From the NCBI GenBank assembly GCA_963823555.1, contig CAWGMA010000001.1, positions 1,856,001-1,920,000 on the forward strand: a stretch of 64,000 bases of DNA, in the 5' to 3' direction. Made by a program: the position numbers and the translations under genes. How positions within the stretch are numbered: position 1 is the first letter of the stretch; each line of letters starts with the position of its first letter. The notes beneath the pieces are model-generated. The model did no database searches and was not told the DNA's origin. It saw nothing but the letters and a program-made list of their open reading frames with translations. Of the stretch, positions 18,903 to 29,846 are shown one piece after another. Source of the stretch: Candidatus Eiseniibacteriota bacterium (GTDB taxonomy: Bacteria; Eisenbacteria; RBG-16-71-46; CAVPCR01).

Positions 18903-21239
18903 CTAGCGCCCGGCGCGAAGCGGGCGATCGGATCGCTCACCGCGCTCGTTGCGGTCGCCGTAATCGCGATCGGCGCGGTCCCCGCGCTCCCCGCGCTCCC
19001 CGCGCTCCCCGCGATCGCCACGGTCCCCGCGATCGCCACGGTCCCCGCGATCGCCACGGTCCCCGCGATCACTCCGCTCTCCGCGCTCGTAGCGATCCCC
19101 GCGCTCACCACCACGGTCACCGCGGTCACCGCGGTCGCCGCGGTCCCGGGTCGGCCCGGCGTCGGGGTCGAGTGCCTGCCGCCGACTGAGCTTGATCTTG
19201 CCCTCGGAGTCGATTCCGATCACCTTCACCTCGACCACATCGCCCTCGCGAACCACGTCCTCGACGCGATTCACGCGATGGGCATCCAGCTCCGAGATGT
19301 GGCAGAGTCCGTCACGGCCGGGGAGAATTTCGATGAACGCCCCGAAGTTCACGATCCGCTTCACGCGCCCGCGGTAGACGCGACCGATTTCCGGATCCTC
19401 GACCAGGGCACGAATCATGTCGACTGCGCGATGCCCGTTCACCGAGTCGTAGGAGGCGATCTTCACCGTTCCATCGTCCTCGATGTCGATCTGGGCTCCA
19501 GTTTGCTCGGTGATCGAGCGAATCGTGCGTCCCCCTGGTCCAATGATCTCGCGCACCTTCTCCGGGCTAACCTGCAGCATGGTGATGCGCGGAGCGTAGA
19601 CCGAGAGCTCGGTGCGCGGCTCGCTGATGGTCGCTGCCATGGCATCGAGCACCTTGAGCCGGGCGAGGCGAGCCTTCTCGAGCGCTTCGGTGAAGATCTC
19701 GAAGCTGATACCTGCAATCTTGATGTCCATCTGGAAGGCGGTGATCCCGCTGCGCGTCCCGGTGACCTTGAAGTCCATGTCACCGAGGTGATCCTCGACG
19801 CCGAGGATGTCGGTCAGCACGGCAACGCGCTCGCCCTCCTTGATGAGCCCCATGGCAATGCCCGCCACCGGCGCCTTGACCGGCACACCGGCGTCCATGA
19901 GGGCGAGCGTTCCCCCGCAAACGGTGGCCATGGAGGACGAGCCGTTCGACTCGAGCACGTCCGAGACCAGGCGAATGGTATAGGGGAAGAACTCATCCGA
20001 GGGGATGACGGGCTCGATCGCCCGCTCCGCCAGGGCGCCATGACCGATCTCGCGGCGGCCCGGACCGCGAATGGGACGCACCTCACCGACCGAGTACGAG
20101 GGGAAGTTGTAGTGGAGCATGTAGCTCTTCCAACGCTGCCCCTCGAGCTCGTCGATCTTCTGCTCGTCCATCGTCGTCCCGAGCGTGGTGACGACGAGAG
20201 CCTGCGTCTCACCCCGGGTGAAGAGGGCCGAGCCATGCGTCCGCGGCAGCATTCCGATCTCACAGCTGATCGGACGAATGTCATCGGTCCCGCGGCCATC
20301 GGCGCGACGTCCCTCTTCGAGGACGGCGCGTCGCAGATCCTGGCGCTGCAGCTCGGCGATGACGTTCACGATATCCACGGCGGAATCCGGGAACGTCGTC
20401 TCGAGCTGGGCCAGAGCCTCATCACGCAGCCGGTCCATCGTGGCCTGACGCTCTTCCTTCTGCGCAATGCGGTTGGCTTCATGAATGCGCGAGCCGAAGA
20501 CCTCGGCGATGGTGCGCTGGAGCTCGGTCGCCACCTCGTGCGGCGGCACCACCCGCTTGGTCTTGCCGGCGGCCCGGCGCAGCTCTTCCTGGACATCGTT
20601 GATGCGGCGCACCGCCTCGTGTCCGAAGCGCAGGGCCTCGACCATCACGGCCTCGCTGACCTCGCGGGCGCCACCCTCGACCATGACGATCGAGTCCGAG
20701 GTGCCGGCAACGACGACGTCGATCTCGGATTCCTCGATCTCGGCGAAGGTAGGGTTGAGGACGAAGTCCCCGTTGATCAGACCGACGCGCACGGCGGAAA
20801 CCGGAGTCGAAAAGGGAATGTCGGAGACGATGAGAGCCGTTGAGGCACCGATCAAGCCCAGCACGTCCGAGTCGTTTTCCTGATCAGACGACAGAACGTT
20901 GGCGTGGATCTGCGTCTCGCAGCGAAAGCCCTTGGGGAAGAGCGGGCGCAGCGGACGATCGATGAGACGCGAACTCAGCACCTCCTTCTCGTTGGGCCGA
21001 CCTTCGCGCTTGAAGAAGCCGCCTGGTATGCGGCCCGCAGCGTACAGCTTCTCTCGGTACTCGACGGTGAGCGGGAAGAAGTCGATGCCCTCGCGAGGGA
21101 GTTGCGACGCGACAGCGGCGACGAGAACGACGGTGTCACCGTAGCGGACGGTCACGGAGCCGGAGGCCTGCTTGGCCACCTTGCCGGTCTCGATGGTCAG
21201 GATACGCCCGCCAAGCTCTAGTTCAACAGTATGCGGCAT
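18903..21239 (-). CDS. pnp: Polyribonucleotide nucleotidyltransferase (PNPase)
   Basis: [39 protein letters not shown] and S1 domains. Confidence 0.98.
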   Translation of the reverse strand: MPHTVELELGGRILTIETGKVAKQASGSVTVRYGDTVVLVAAVASQLPREGIDFFPLTVEYREKLYAAGRIPGGFFKREGRPNEKEVLSSRLIDRPLRPLFPKGFRCETQIHANVLSSDQENDSDVLGLIGASTALIVSDIPFSTPVSAVRVGLINGDFVLNPTFAEIEESEIDVVVAGTSDSIVMVEGGAREVSEAVMVEALRFGHEAVRRINDVQEELRRAAGKTKRVVPPHEVATELQRTIAEVFGSRIHEANRIAQKEERQATMDRLRDEALAQLETTFPDSAVDIVNVIAELQRQDLRRAVLEEGRRADGRGTDDIRPISCEIGMLPRTHGSALFTRGETQALVVTTLGTTMDEQKIDELEGQRWKSYMLHYNFPSYSVGEVRPIRGPGRREIGHGALAERAIEPVIPSDEFFPYTIRLVSDVLESNGSSSMATVCGGTLALMDAGVPVKAPVAGIAMGLIKEGERVAVLTDILGVEDHLGDMDFKVTGTRSGITAFQMDIKIAGISFEIFTEALEKARLARLKVLDAMAATISEPRTELSVYAPRITMLQVSPEKVREIIGPGGRTIRSITEQTGAQIDIEDDGTVKIASYDSVNGHRAVDMIRALVEDPEIGRVYRGRVKRIVNFGAFIEILPGRDGLCHISELDAHRVNRVEDVVREGDVVEVKVIGIDSEGKIKLSRRQALDPDAGPTRDRGDRGDRGDRGGERGDRYERGERSDRGDRGDRGDRGDRGDRGDRGERGERGERGDRADRDYGDRNERGERSDRPLRAGR
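18976..19146 (-). repeat. 9/18-nt tandem repeats encoding a (RGD/RGE)n tail of PNPase
   Basis: cggtccccgcgatcgcca repeated from 19021, plus ccccgcgct and ccgcggtca units on the + strand. Confidence 0.85.
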
Positions 21240-21254
21240 GGATGATCTCCATAT

Positions 21255-21292
21255 AAAAAGTAGCCTTCCTCGTGCACACACGAAGAGGCTAC
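21255..21292 (-). terminator. Intrinsic terminator-like hairpin between rpsO and pnp
   Basis: GTAGCCTCTTCGTG-TGTG-CACGAGGAAGGCTAC followed by TTTTTAT on the minus strand. Confidence 0.7.
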
Positions 21293-21349
21293 GGATAGGG
21301 AAGAACGGGATTTTCCAAGCGATGGGAACCGGAGTCGCGAGCGCGGGAC

Positions 21350-21619
21350 CTATTTCCTGAGTCCCAGTTCCTTCACGATCGTCCGGTAGCGCTCGATCTT
21401 GGTGGCTTTGAGGTAATCGAGGAGTCGTCGCCGCTGGCCGACCATCTTGAGAAGCCCACGTCGTGAATGGTGGTCACGCGTGTGGATCTTGAAGTGCTCC
21501 GTGAGGTACTTGATCTTCTCGGTGAGGAGAGCGATCTGCACCTCGGGAGAACCCGAGTCGGACTCATGCAAGCGGTACTGATCGATGATGCCCCGCTTTT
21601 GGTCCTTGGTCAGCGGCAA
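21350..21619 (-). CDS. rpsO: 30S ribosomal protein S15
   Basis: [29 protein letters not shown] start. Confidence 0.98.
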   Translation of the reverse strand: MPLTKDQKRGIIDQYRLHESDSGSPEVQIALLTEKIKYLTEHFKIHTRDHHSRRGLLKMVGQRRRLLDYLKATKIERYRTIVKELGLRK

Positions 21620-21720
21620 GTCCGGTTACCCTTCTACCGTCCCGCCGGACACCGGCGGGGCAGAGTTAAATCCAGTTCTACCAACCAGATTCCTGTCTCT
21701 TCATGGTTCAGCAGGCGAGA

Positions 21721-21729
21721 AACTTAGCA
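21721..21729 (-). promoter_or_regulatory. Extended -10 promoter of rpsO
   Basis: TG-c-TAAGTT about 100 nt upstream of rpsO, with a T-rich tract further upstream. Confidence 0.5.
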
Positions 21730-21874
21730 CAGACGCGCCGCTTGGGAAAAGAAAAAAGCCGCCGCCCGCCACATGGATTTCTTTCCTTCATCCCGAGCCA
21801 TCGGCCGTCGCTGAGTCCGTCTTGAGCCGCCATCCCCCACCCGCACCCAGGCCGGGGCGGAACCGCCTATCCGG

Positions 21875-22861
21875 CTAGGTCTCGGTCACGATGGACCCCG
21901 GCTCGGCGGCCGCAATCGCCCTGGCGGTAGCCACATCGGCGGTGATCTGCGCCTTCAGGGCTGAGGCGTCCGGGAACCGCTGCTCGCCGCGAATACGTGC
22001 CAGGAAGCGAATTACGAGCCGCCGCCCGCCCAGGTCCCCGGCGAAATCCAGAATGTGGACCTCGACGCGCCGCTCGCCGACGGCGAACGTGGGGGCAAGG
22101 CCGATGTTGACGACCCCGGTCCGCCACTCTCCCGATCTCCAGTCTGGACTTGCGGGGTCGCCCTGGTGGCCCCCCGGCCCCAACCGCACCTGGACTGCAT
22201 AGACGCCGTCCGCCGGCAGCATCTTGCCCGGATCGACCCTCAGGTTCGCGGTAGGAAAGCCGAGCCCACGGCCCCGCCCGAAGCCCGTGGTCACGCTCCC
22301 CCCGATCTCGTAGCTCCGGCCGAGCAGGTCTCGCGCCACCACGACTTCTCCGGCGGCAATGGCCTGCCTGAGGCGGGTGGAGGAGACGGGGCCGCCACGC
22401 CCGGAAACCGGCGCCACGACTTCGACCGTGAATCCGAGCTCGGCGCCCAGCGCCTCGAGCGCCTCCAGATCACCCTGGCGATCCTGCCCCATGGCGAAGT
22501 CGGGACCGACCACCAGGACCTTCAGATCGTACCGGGAGAGGAGCACCTTATCGAGAAACGCGCGCGCCGAGAGTCGGGACATCTCGCGGTCGAAATCAAG
22601 CGCCACCACCTCGGCGATGTCGTGCGCCATGATCAGAGCCTGGCGCTCGGAGACCGTCGTCACCGGAGGCGGACAGCGCTCAGGAGCGAGCACCGCCAGT
22701 GGATGGCGACTGAAGGTAACGGCGACCGGGATGCCACCCACCCGACGCGCCGCACGCACGACCTGCGCGATGAGCGCCTGATGCCCGCGATGCACGCCAT
22801 CGAACACGCCGATCGTGGCTGCTGCTCGTGGTCGCCCATCGGCGCTCGACCCGGAACTCAA
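21875..22861 (-). CDS. ribF: Bifunctional riboflavin kinase/FAD synthetase
   Basis: IGVFDGVHRGH, SSTRLR, GRGLGFPTAN, VEVHILDF. Confidence 0.95.
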   Translation of the reverse strand: MSSGSSADGRPRAAATIGVFDGVHRGHQALIAQVVRAARRVGGIPVAVTFSRHPLAVLAPERCPPPVTTVSERQALIMAHDIAEVVALDFDREMSRLSARAFLDKVLLSRYDLKVLVVGPDFAMGQDRQGDLEALEALGAELGFTVEVVAPVSGRGGPVSSTRLRQAIAAGEVVVARDLLGRSYEIGGSVTTGFGRGRGLGFPTANLRVDPGKMLPADGVYAVQVRLGPGGHQGDPASPDWRSGEWRTGVVNIGLAPTFAVGERRVEVHILDFAGDLGGRRLVIRFLARIRGEQRFPDASALKAQITADVATARAIAAAEPGSIVTET

Positions 22862-23817
22862 GTTCCCCTCTCCTCATGGCCGGCCAGCACCCGGGCGAAA
22901 CGGAGGGGCGCCGCCGTCTCGGGTTCCCCGGCTCGATGATCACCCAGGGCGGCCGTGGCGACCACGACGGCAACCAGTTCGCCCTTCTCGTCCTCGAGGC
23001 GAGCCAGATCACCGGGTGCCAGCGCCTTCGCCACCGGCCGCAGGTCGCCCCATCGGGGTCGCACTCCGTGCCGCACGGCGTAGGCCGCATCGTCCGTGAT
23101 CACCACTGCGGGCAGGTGCATGAGCGCTTCGCGCAGGCTGTGGCCGGACTGCGCGACCACGGCTTCAGGATCGCTACCGGCAAGGCGGGAGCTCGCCCAG
23201 GCGCCATCGACCGTGAAAGGCCCGATGCACTCCCGGCGGAGCCCGGCCACATGGGCGCAGGTGCCCATCGCCACCCCCAGATCCTCGATCAGCGTCCGGA
23301 CGTAAGTCCCCTTCCCGCAACGGATGCGTAGGGTCATGAGCTCGGGCTCGATCGCGAGTGGTTCAACCGAGTACACCTGCACCGTACGCGCGGGACGCTC
23401 TACCTCCAGTCCTCGCCGACGCAGGCGGTGCAAGGGTTCGCCACCGACCTTGATGGCTGAAGCCATCGGCGGGATCTGCCGCACCGGTCCGATGAAGCGA
23501 TCCACCACGCGGCCGAACGCCGCCGTGGGATCCGCCGGCACCGGCTTCTCCGCGGTCACCTCGCCCTCCCCATCTCCGGTGCTGGTCGCGACACCCAGGC
23601 GCATCTGAGCCAGATAGACCTTGTCCAGATCGGCGAGCAGGCCCGCCACCTTCGTCGCGCGGCCGACACAGACCAGAAGGAGCCCGCTGGCCAGCGGGTC
23701 GAGCGTCCCGGCGTGGCCCACGCGGCGCATGGCCAGGAGTCGACGCACGGCGTCCACGACATCGTGGGAGGTGGGACCTAGCTCCTTGTCGATCCGCAAC
23801 ACGCCGTCGCGCATCAC
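22858..23817 (-). CDS. truB: tRNA pseudouridine(55) synthase
   Basis: TSHDVV, VGHAGTLDPLASG, CGKGTYVRTL. Confidence 0.96.
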   Translation of the reverse strand: MMRDGVLRIDKELGPTSHDVVDAVRRLLAMRRVGHAGTLDPLASGLLLVCVGRATKVAGLLADLDKVYLAQMRLGVATSTGDGEGEVTAEKPVPADPTAAFGRVVDRFIGPVRQIPPMASAIKVGGEPLHRLRRRGLEVERPARTVQVYSVEPLAIEPELMTLRIRCGKGTYVRTLIEDLGVAMGTCAHVAGLRRECIGPFTVDGAWASSRLAGSDPEAVVAQSGHSLREALMHLPAVVITDDAAYAVRHGVRPRWGDLRPVAKALAPGDLARLEDEKGELVAVVVATAALGDHRAGEPETAAPLRFARVLAGHEERGT

Positions 23818-24785
23818 GCCGGCATCGCCTCGGCCAGGGCGGCGAGGATCGCCTCGCGGGCCGCGGGCAGCGGTCCGGGCACGCGGGCGCCGGCCGCATT
23901 CCTGTGCCCGCCACCTCCGAAGCGCCGCGCCACCTGGTCGACGTCGACCAGGCCCTCGGCACGTAGGCTGACTTTCACTTCCCCACCCTCGACCTCGCGA
24001 AGAAGAACACCCGCATAGGTACCGGAGAGGTGCTTCGCGTAGTTGACGATTCCCTCGACATCCGACTGGTCGGCTCCGGTGCGGGCGAACACGTCACGAT
24101 CGAGCATGATCAGTCCAACCCGGCCACCGAGTTCGGGAACGAGCGCCCGCAGCGCTTCACCCAGAAGACGGAGGGCGCCAATGGGCTTGGTGGCGAAGAG
24201 CAGGCTCGCGATTCGCGCGCCATCGATGCCGGTCTCCATCAATCGCGAGCCGACGCGCAGCACCTCAGGAGTCGTGTTCGAATAGCGGAAATTGCCGGTG
24301 TCGGTGATGATTCCGACATACATATTGGTCGCCTTGCCCTGATCGAGGTCGAGACCGAGCTTCTCATTGAGATGGTAGACGATCATTCCCGAGGCGCAGG
24401 TCTCGGGCTCGACATGGTTGATGTGGCCAAAGCGCGTGTTCGAGCGGTGATGATCGATGTTGACGATCATCGCACTGCCAAGCCGTTCTCTCACTCTGCC
24501 GATGCGCTCCATGGAGGCGCAATCGAGAACAAAGGCGACATCGAATGTCTGATCGCCGACGGCATCCGGAGTCACGATGCGCCCGATGCCGGGCATGAAC
24601 GCATAGCGCTCCGGCGGCAGGTCATGATTGACCACGGCAACTTCCTTGCCGAGATCATCGAGAATCGCCGCCATGGCCAGCTGCGAACCGAGTGAATCAC
24701 CCTCTGGATCGATGTGAGAAGAAATGAGAAAGCGATGGCCCTGGCGGATGGCGGCAATCACCGGATCGAGATCGGAGGCATTCAT
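23814..24785 (-). CDS. nrnA: DHH-family phosphoesterase (NanoRNase/pAp phosphatase)
   Basis: HIDPEGDSLGS, NIDHH, TDTGNF, GGGGHRNAAG. Confidence 0.9.
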   Translation of the reverse strand: MNASDLDPVIAAIRQGHRFLISSHIDPEGDSLGSQLAMAAILDDLGKEVAVVNHDLPPERYAFMPGIGRIVTPDAVGDQTFDVAFVLDCASMERIGRVRERLGSAMIVNIDHHRSNTRFGHINHVEPETCASGMIVYHLNEKLGLDLDQGKATNMYVGIITDTGNFRYSNTTPEVLRVGSRLMETGIDGARIASLLFATKPIGALRLLGEALRALVPELGGRVGLIMLDRDVFARTGADQSDVEGIVNYAKHLSGTYAGVLLREVEGGEVKVSLRAEGLVDVDQVARRFGGGGHRNAAGARVPGPLPAAREAILAALAEAMPA

Positions 24786-24788
24786 GCG

Positions 24789-25193
24789 TTATCCGGTCTC
24801 CCCCTCTTGCGGCTTGGTCTCCCCGTCCGGGGCCTGATCCGGAACGGGCGGCTGAACCTGGCGCAGGAGCTGCTCGATGCGGCTGCCATGTTCGATCGAA
24901 CGATCGGGAAGGAACTCGAGCTCCGGGAGGTGACGCAGGTCCAGCCGGCGCCGACCCAGCTCGGCGCGAATCGCGCCCCGCGCGCGGTTCACGACGCGCA
25001 AGAGACTCTCCATCTCGACATCGAGCCGGGCCGAGCTCAGAAAGACCTTGGCATGGGCCAGGTCGCGGCTGACCTCGACCGCAGTCACGCCCAGGAGCTC
25101 GAAACGCGGATCCCGCATGCTCAAGCGGAGGATCGCCGAGATCTCATCGCGCAACAGATCCCCGATTCGCTCGCTGCGCTTGCCGTGTGCCAT
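24789..25193 (-). CDS. rbfA: Ribosome-binding factor A
   Basis: DPR...VEVSRDLAHAKVF...PELEF..D; expected synteny. Confidence 0.95.
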   Translation of the reverse strand: MAHGKRSERIGDLLRDEISAILRLSMRDPRFELLGVTAVEVSRDLAHAKVFLSSARLDVEMESLLRVVNRARGAIRAELGRRRLDLRHLPELEFLPDRSIEHGSRIEQLLRQVQPPVPDQAPDGETKPQEGETG

Positions 25194-25200
25194 GATCCGC

Positions 25201-25482
25201 TTACCTGATATCGGTCAAATAATCGAGCAGGATCGCGCGCGGCTCGGATTCCAGGAGGCGACGCACCTCGGCCAGGATGCGCTCCACGATCCCCGCATCC
25301 GCAGAGATGACCGCAACGCCAAGTGTCGCGCGCTGCCACAGGTCCTGGTGATCGAGCTCCGCGACCGATACGTTGAAACGACTCGTGATGCGGTGCTTCA
25401 AGCTCTGAATGACGGCGCGCTTGGCCTTGAGCGAATTGGCCGCGGGGATATGGAAATTCGCCTGTGCAATACCCACGATCAT
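25201..25482 (-). CDS. DUF503 (YlxP-like) protein
   Basis: SLKAKR...RFNVSVAELDHQDLWQR; lies between infB and rbfA. Confidence 0.9.
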   Translation of the reverse strand: MIVGIAQANFHIPAANSLKAKRAVIQSLKHRITSRFNVSVAELDHQDLWQRATLGVAVISADAGIVERILAEVRRLLESEPRAILLDYLTDIR

Positions 25483-25507
25483 TGGCTCGGGCGTGCCCGC
25501 CAGCGGG

Positions 25508-28138
25508 CTACAGAGTTCGCGCCACCTCTTCGATACGATAGGCTTCGACGATGTCGCCGATCTGCACCTGATCGTACCCCTCGACCGTCAGGCCGCATTC
25601 GAATCCCGACGCCACTTCGCGCACATCCTCCTTGAAGCGCTTCAGGGATCCGAACCTGCCGTTGTAGACCGCCTCCTGGTTGCGAATCACGCGGGCCCGC
25701 GCGTTGCGCTCGATCTTGCCCTCGGTCACGTAACACCCGGCGATCACGCCGCGGGGCAAGCGGAAGACCTCGCGGATCTCAGCCGCACCCAGCACCACCT
25801 CGCGCTCGGTCGGCTTCAGGAGGCCGGCCATCGCCTTCTTCACGTCGTCGACCGCCTCGTAGATGACCCGATAGAGATTGATGTCGACTCCCCTCTCATG
25901 TGCGAGCACCGAGGCCCGGGCCTCGGTGCGGACATGGAAGCCGACGATCACCGCGTTCGAGGCGGCAGCCAGGAGCACATCGGATTCGTTCACGTTGCCC
26001 ATGCCGCGGTGGATGGTGTCCACCCGCACCTCCGCCGTGCCGAGCTGCTCCAGGGAGTCGGAAAGCGCTTCCAGCGAGCCATCGACATCAGCCTTGAGAA
26101 TGAGGTTGAGCTTCTCCACCACCCCGGCCGCGATCCGCTGGTGGAAGTCGGCCAGGCTCACCGGATGCGCGCGCTGGATCGACTGCTCGCGAGCGAGAAT
26201 CTGCCGCTTGTGGGCGATCTCGCGGGCCTCACGATCATCGCGGAGTACGGTGAGGGTCTCCCCCGCCTGGGGCATGCCGTCCCAGCCGAGGACCTCGACG
26301 GGAATGGACGGACCGGCGACCTCGACGATATCGCCGTACTCGTTGTGCATCGCACGCACTCGACCGGAGTGCACGCCGCAAACGAAGGCGTCTCCCACCC
26401 GCAAGGATCCACGCTGCACGAGGAGCGTGCCGACAATACCGCGGCCCTGCTCGATCTTGGACTCGATGACGACGCCGCGTGCCGTCTTGTGCGGATCGGC
26501 CTTGAGTTCGGCGAGGTCAGCCTCGAGCAGGATCATGTCGAGGAGATGATCGACCCCTTGCCCGCTCTTGGCCGAGATCGGCACCGCGACCACCTTGCCG
26601 CCGAAGTCCTCGACGATGAGACCATGACGGGAGAGATCGGTCTTCACCATTTCGACGCTGGCACCTGGCAGGTCGATCTTGTTGATGGCGACGACAATGG
26701 GAACGCCTGCCGCCTTGGCGTGATCGATTGCCTCGACGGTCTGCGGCATGACCCGGTCGTCGGCGGCTACCACGAGCACGACAATATCGGTGACCTGCGC
26801 CCCACGCGCACGCATCGCTGTGAATGCGGCATGTCCGGGGGTATCGAGGAAGGTGATCTGACGGTCCTTGTGTTTGACCGAGTAGGCGCCGATGTGCTGG
26901 GTGATGCGTCCGGCCTCGGTCGCAACGACGTTCGCGTGCCGGACCTTGTCGAGGAGCGAGGTCTTGCCGTGATCGACATGCCCCATCACGGTGACGACCG
27001 GCGGCCTGGCCTCGAGCTGCTCCGGCTCCTCATCCTGCGCCTGGATCTGATCCGAACCGTACTCGGTGATGAACTCGACCTCGAACCCGAACTCATCGGC
27101 GATGGCGACGATCGAGTCCTTGTCCAGGCGCTGGTTGATGGTCGCCATGAACCCGAGACGGAGACAGGTGGCAATGACTTCGGACGCCGCCTCCTCCATG
27201 AGCTGGGCCAGCTCGGCGAGCGTGATGAACTCGGTGGCTTTGAGCTTCTGCGCAGCTTCGACGGCGACTCCGCCTTCCTCGCGTGCTCGCCGCCTGTGCT
27301 TGGCCGTCTTCTTGCCACCGTCGACGACGTGCATGGTCTTGCGCACGCTCTCGCGGATCTTCTTCTGATCGTAGACTTTCTTCGTCCCCTTCCGGTCCTT
27401 GGCACCACCGCTGCGGCGGCGCCCGGCATCGCCCCCCGCCGCGGCCGGCCCCGCCGTCGGGGCCGTCCGGTATTCGGGACGGCGACCACCCGGAGCCTCG
27501 CGGCCGGCACTCGCCGCTGGTCGTGGCGCATAGGTCCGGCCACCGGGTCGGAACGGGGGCCGCGGGGGCGGAGTCGCCCCGGGCGCCATGGCGGACTGAC
27601 TCGGCCGACGGAAGGCTGCGGGCTTGGGCGGCGGCGCAGGGGGGGCAGGAGGGGGCGTCGGGCGCGCCTTGGCCGGACGGGCCGGCGCTGGACGCGGCGT
27701 CCTTGCCGGCTTCGGGGCGGCCGGCAGGGGGGTGCGGGCCGGAGCCTCGGGCTTGGCCGGGGGTGCCGACGGCTCCGCCGGAGGGGCGGGCGCGCTGGCT
27801 GCCGGCACCGGCGGCGCCTCCGCTGGAGGTTCAGCGACCGCGGCAGCAGGTGCTGCCGGCGGCGGAGCTTCAACCGGGGCAGGTGCCGGTGGGGCCGCCG
27901 GTGGCACGGGGGCCGCCTCCGCCGCGTGGCGCTGGCGCTCTCGCTTCGCCACGTCCGCTCGCTTGATCTTCTCCTTCTCGCTGTCGAATCGAGCGTGAAG
28001 CGCCTCCTCGACGGCATCATCCACCGCCGACATATGGCTCTTCACCTCGGCGCCCATCGCGCGAATGATCTCGACCAGCGCCTCGCTCGAGATCTTGAGG
28101 TCGCGAGCGACCTCATATACTCGCTTCTTCTTGACCAA
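25508..28138 (-). CDS. infB: Translation initiation factor IF-2
   Basis: [34 protein letters not shown]; Pro/Ala-rich N-terminal linker. Confidence 0.98.
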   Translation of the reverse strand: MVKKKRVYEVARDLKISSEALVEIIRAMGAEVKSHMSAVDDAVEEALHARFDSEKEKIKRADVAKRERQRHAAEAAPVPPAAPPAPAPVEAPPPAAPAAAVAEPPAEAPPVPAASAPAPPAEPSAPPAKPEAPARTPLPAAPKPARTPRPAPARPAKARPTPPPAPPAPPPKPAAFRRPSQSAMAPGATPPPRPPFRPGGRTYAPRPAASAGREAPGGRRPEYRTAPTAGPAAAGGDAGRRRSGGAKDRKGTKKVYDQKKIRESVRKTMHVVDGGKKTAKHRRRAREEGGVAVEAAQKLKATEFITLAELAQLMEEAASEVIATCLRLGFMATINQRLDKDSIVAIADEFGFEVEFITEYGSDQIQAQDEEPEQLEARPPVVTVMGHVDHGKTSLLDKVRHANVVATEAGRITQHIGAYSVKHKDRQITFLDTPGHAAFTAMRARGAQVTDIVVLVVAADDRVMPQTVEAIDHAKAAGVPIVVAINKIDLPGASVEMVKTDLSRHGLIVEDFGGKVVAVPISAKSGQGVDHLLDMILLEADLAELKADPHKTARGVVIESKIEQGRGIVGTLLVQRGSLRVGDAFVCGVHSGRVRAMHNEYGDIVEVAGPSIPVEVLGWDGMPQAGETLTVLRDDREAREIAHKRQILAREQSIQRAHPVSLADFHQRIAAGVVEKLNLILKADVDGSLEALSDSLEQLGTAEVRVDTIHRGMGNVNESDVLLAAASNAVIVGFHVRTEARASVLAHERGVDINLYRVIYEAVDDVKKAMAGLLKPTEREVVLGAAEIREVFRLPRGVIAGCYVTEGKIERNARARVIRNQEAVYNGRFGSLKRFKEDVREVASGFECGLTVEGYDQVQIGDIVEAYRIEEVARTL

Positions 28139-28256
28139 GCTCCATCCACCTCCAGCCGGTACGAGCGAAAAGCCTCTAGCTCATGACTACTCCCGACTCT
28201 GTTCGCATCACCCGTTGCCGCGCCAGACCGGTTGCCCGGTCCAGCTGCGGGCCAAT

Positions 28257-29846
28257 TCAGGAAATGCTCGACTCCGTTGTTCCGGTTGCTGGTCGCTCCT
28301 CTTCCTCCGTGATCGCTGTCCTGTCGTCGCCCGCGGGCCGCTCCTCCTCGCCGCCACCGGCATCAGGCAAGCTGGCCTCGTCCTCAGCGATCTCGGGTGG
28401 AGTCCCAGCGCCGGGCTCCTCACCGACCCTTGGTTCTCGAGAGGCCGCTGACTCCTCGGGAGCCATGGGTTCTTCGGGCGCCTCTGGATCTTCAGGCGCA
28501 TAGGGCTCCTCGAGAGCGGCACCTTCCTCCAGCACTGCGGTCTCTTCGGCGACCTCGGCCGAGCGCTCGCTCATGAGGCCTTCGACTTCAACGGCACGCT
28601 GAGCCAATGCCTCGCGGGCCAGAGCCAGCAGCTTCTCGGCCGTCTTGTCGCCGATCCCGGGCAGCTCGACCAGCGCCGAGAGATCGGCAGCAGCAAGATC
28701 CGCAGCGGTCTCGATCCCCGCCTTGATCAGACTCTCGGCCAGCTTCTCGCCCACACCGGCAAGATGCTCGATCTCGATGCGCATCAGCTGCTCGACCTCC
28801 GAGCGGTGCTCGACCTCCCCCTCGCTCATGAGATCGATCCTCATGCCGGTCAACTTGGCAGCCAGGCGCGCATTCTGACCACCCTTGCCGATGGCAAGAG
28901 AGAGCTGGTCGTCCTCGACCACCACGCACATCTCGTTGCCGCTCCCGGTGATGGACACCTGCTTGACCTTGGCCGGCGACAGGGCCCGTCCGACATAGAC
29001 GATCGGATCGGTGCTCCAGGGTACGATATCGATGCGCTCTCCGTTGAGCTCACGAACGATGGACTGCACGCGCGAGCCCTTGATCCCGACACAAGCACCG
29101 ACCGGATCGACCTTGTCGTCGTGTGAGATGACGGCAATCTTGGCGCGCATGCCTGGCTCGCGAGCGACAGCACGAATCTCAACGATCTGATCGGCGATCT
29201 CCGGCACCTCGGCTTCGAACAGACGGAGCAGAAAGTCGGTCGAGGTCCGAGACAAGATGATCTGCGGGCCCTTGGCATTCTTGTCCACCGTCATGATGAG
29301 GGCCTTCAGGTGTTCGCCCTGACGGTAGCGGTCGCGGGTGATCTGCTCGCGCGGCGGCAGCACTGCCTCGGCGCGCTCGAGCTTGACGATCACCGAGCCG
29401 CGATCGACCTGCTGAACGATGCCGGTCACCAGCTCGCCCACCCGATCGTGGTAGTCATCGAAGACACGATCCCGTTCGGCTTCTCGCACACGCTGAATCA
29501 GGACCTGCTTCGCCGCCTGAATGGCGTTGCGTCCGAACTCGGCGATCGGCAGGTCCATGGTCAGGATATCGCCGACCCGGGCATCCGGGCGGATGGCTGC
29601 GGCCTCGTGCAAGGGAATCTGCAACCCGGGATCCGTCGCCTCCTCGACCACTTCCATGTTCGCGTACATACGAATCTTCCCCGACTCCTCATCGAAATCG
29701 ACGCGGACATCGGCGGCGGCGCCCAGCTTCTTCTTGGCCGCGGAGATCAGACCGGCAGTCAGCGTCTCGATCAGCACTTGCCGATCAACGCTCTTCTCGC
29801 GCGCGATCTGCCCGAGGGCCTCCATCAACTCAACGTTCATCGTCAT
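28257..29846 (-). CDS. nusA: Transcription factor NusA with acidic C-terminal extension (start 29846 or 29840)
   Basis: FGRNAIQAAKQ, FEAEVPEI, GACVGIKGSR, LAIGKGGQNARLA. Confidence 0.97.
   Translation of the reverse strand: MTMNVELMEALGQIAREKSVDRQVLIETLTAGLISAAKKKLGAAADVRVDFDEESGKIRMYANMEVVEEATDPGLQIPLHEAAAIRPDARVGDILTMDLPIAEFGRNAIQAAKQVLIQRVREAERDRVFDDYHDRVGELVTGIVQQVDRGSVIVKLERAEAVLPPREQITRDRYRQGEHLKALIMTVDKNAKGPQIILSRTSTDFLLRLFEAEVPEIADQIVEIRAVAREPGMRAKIAVISHDDKVDPVGACVGIKGSRVQSIVRELNGERIDIVPWSTDPIVYVGRALSPAKVKQVSITGSGNEMCVVVEDDQLSLAIGKGGQNARLAAKLTGMRIDLMSEGEVEHRSEVEQLMRIEIEHLAGVGEKLAESLIKAGIETAADLAAADLSALVELPGIGDKTAEKLLALAREALAQRAVEVEGLMSERSAEVAEETAVLEEGAALEEPYAPEDPEAPEEPMAPEESAASREPRVGEEPGAGTPPEIAEDEASLPDAGGGEEERPAGDDRTAITEEEERPATGTTESSIS

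Noticed and set aside
18872..19129. AIAGTV-repeat N-terminus of the M16 peptidase ORF
   Set aside because: Alternate-frame reading of the pnp repeat tail.
18976..19146. Tandem repeats as a possible CRISPR array
   Set aside because: Short 9/18-nt units without spacers, inside a coding region, and no cas genes.
27560..27930. Pro/Ala low-complexity tract in infB
   Set aside because: An ordinary variable IF-2 N-terminal linker.
18804..28186. Long + strand ORFs 18804..20843 and 25409..28186
   Set aside because: Antisense to pnp and infB; typical mirror ORFs.
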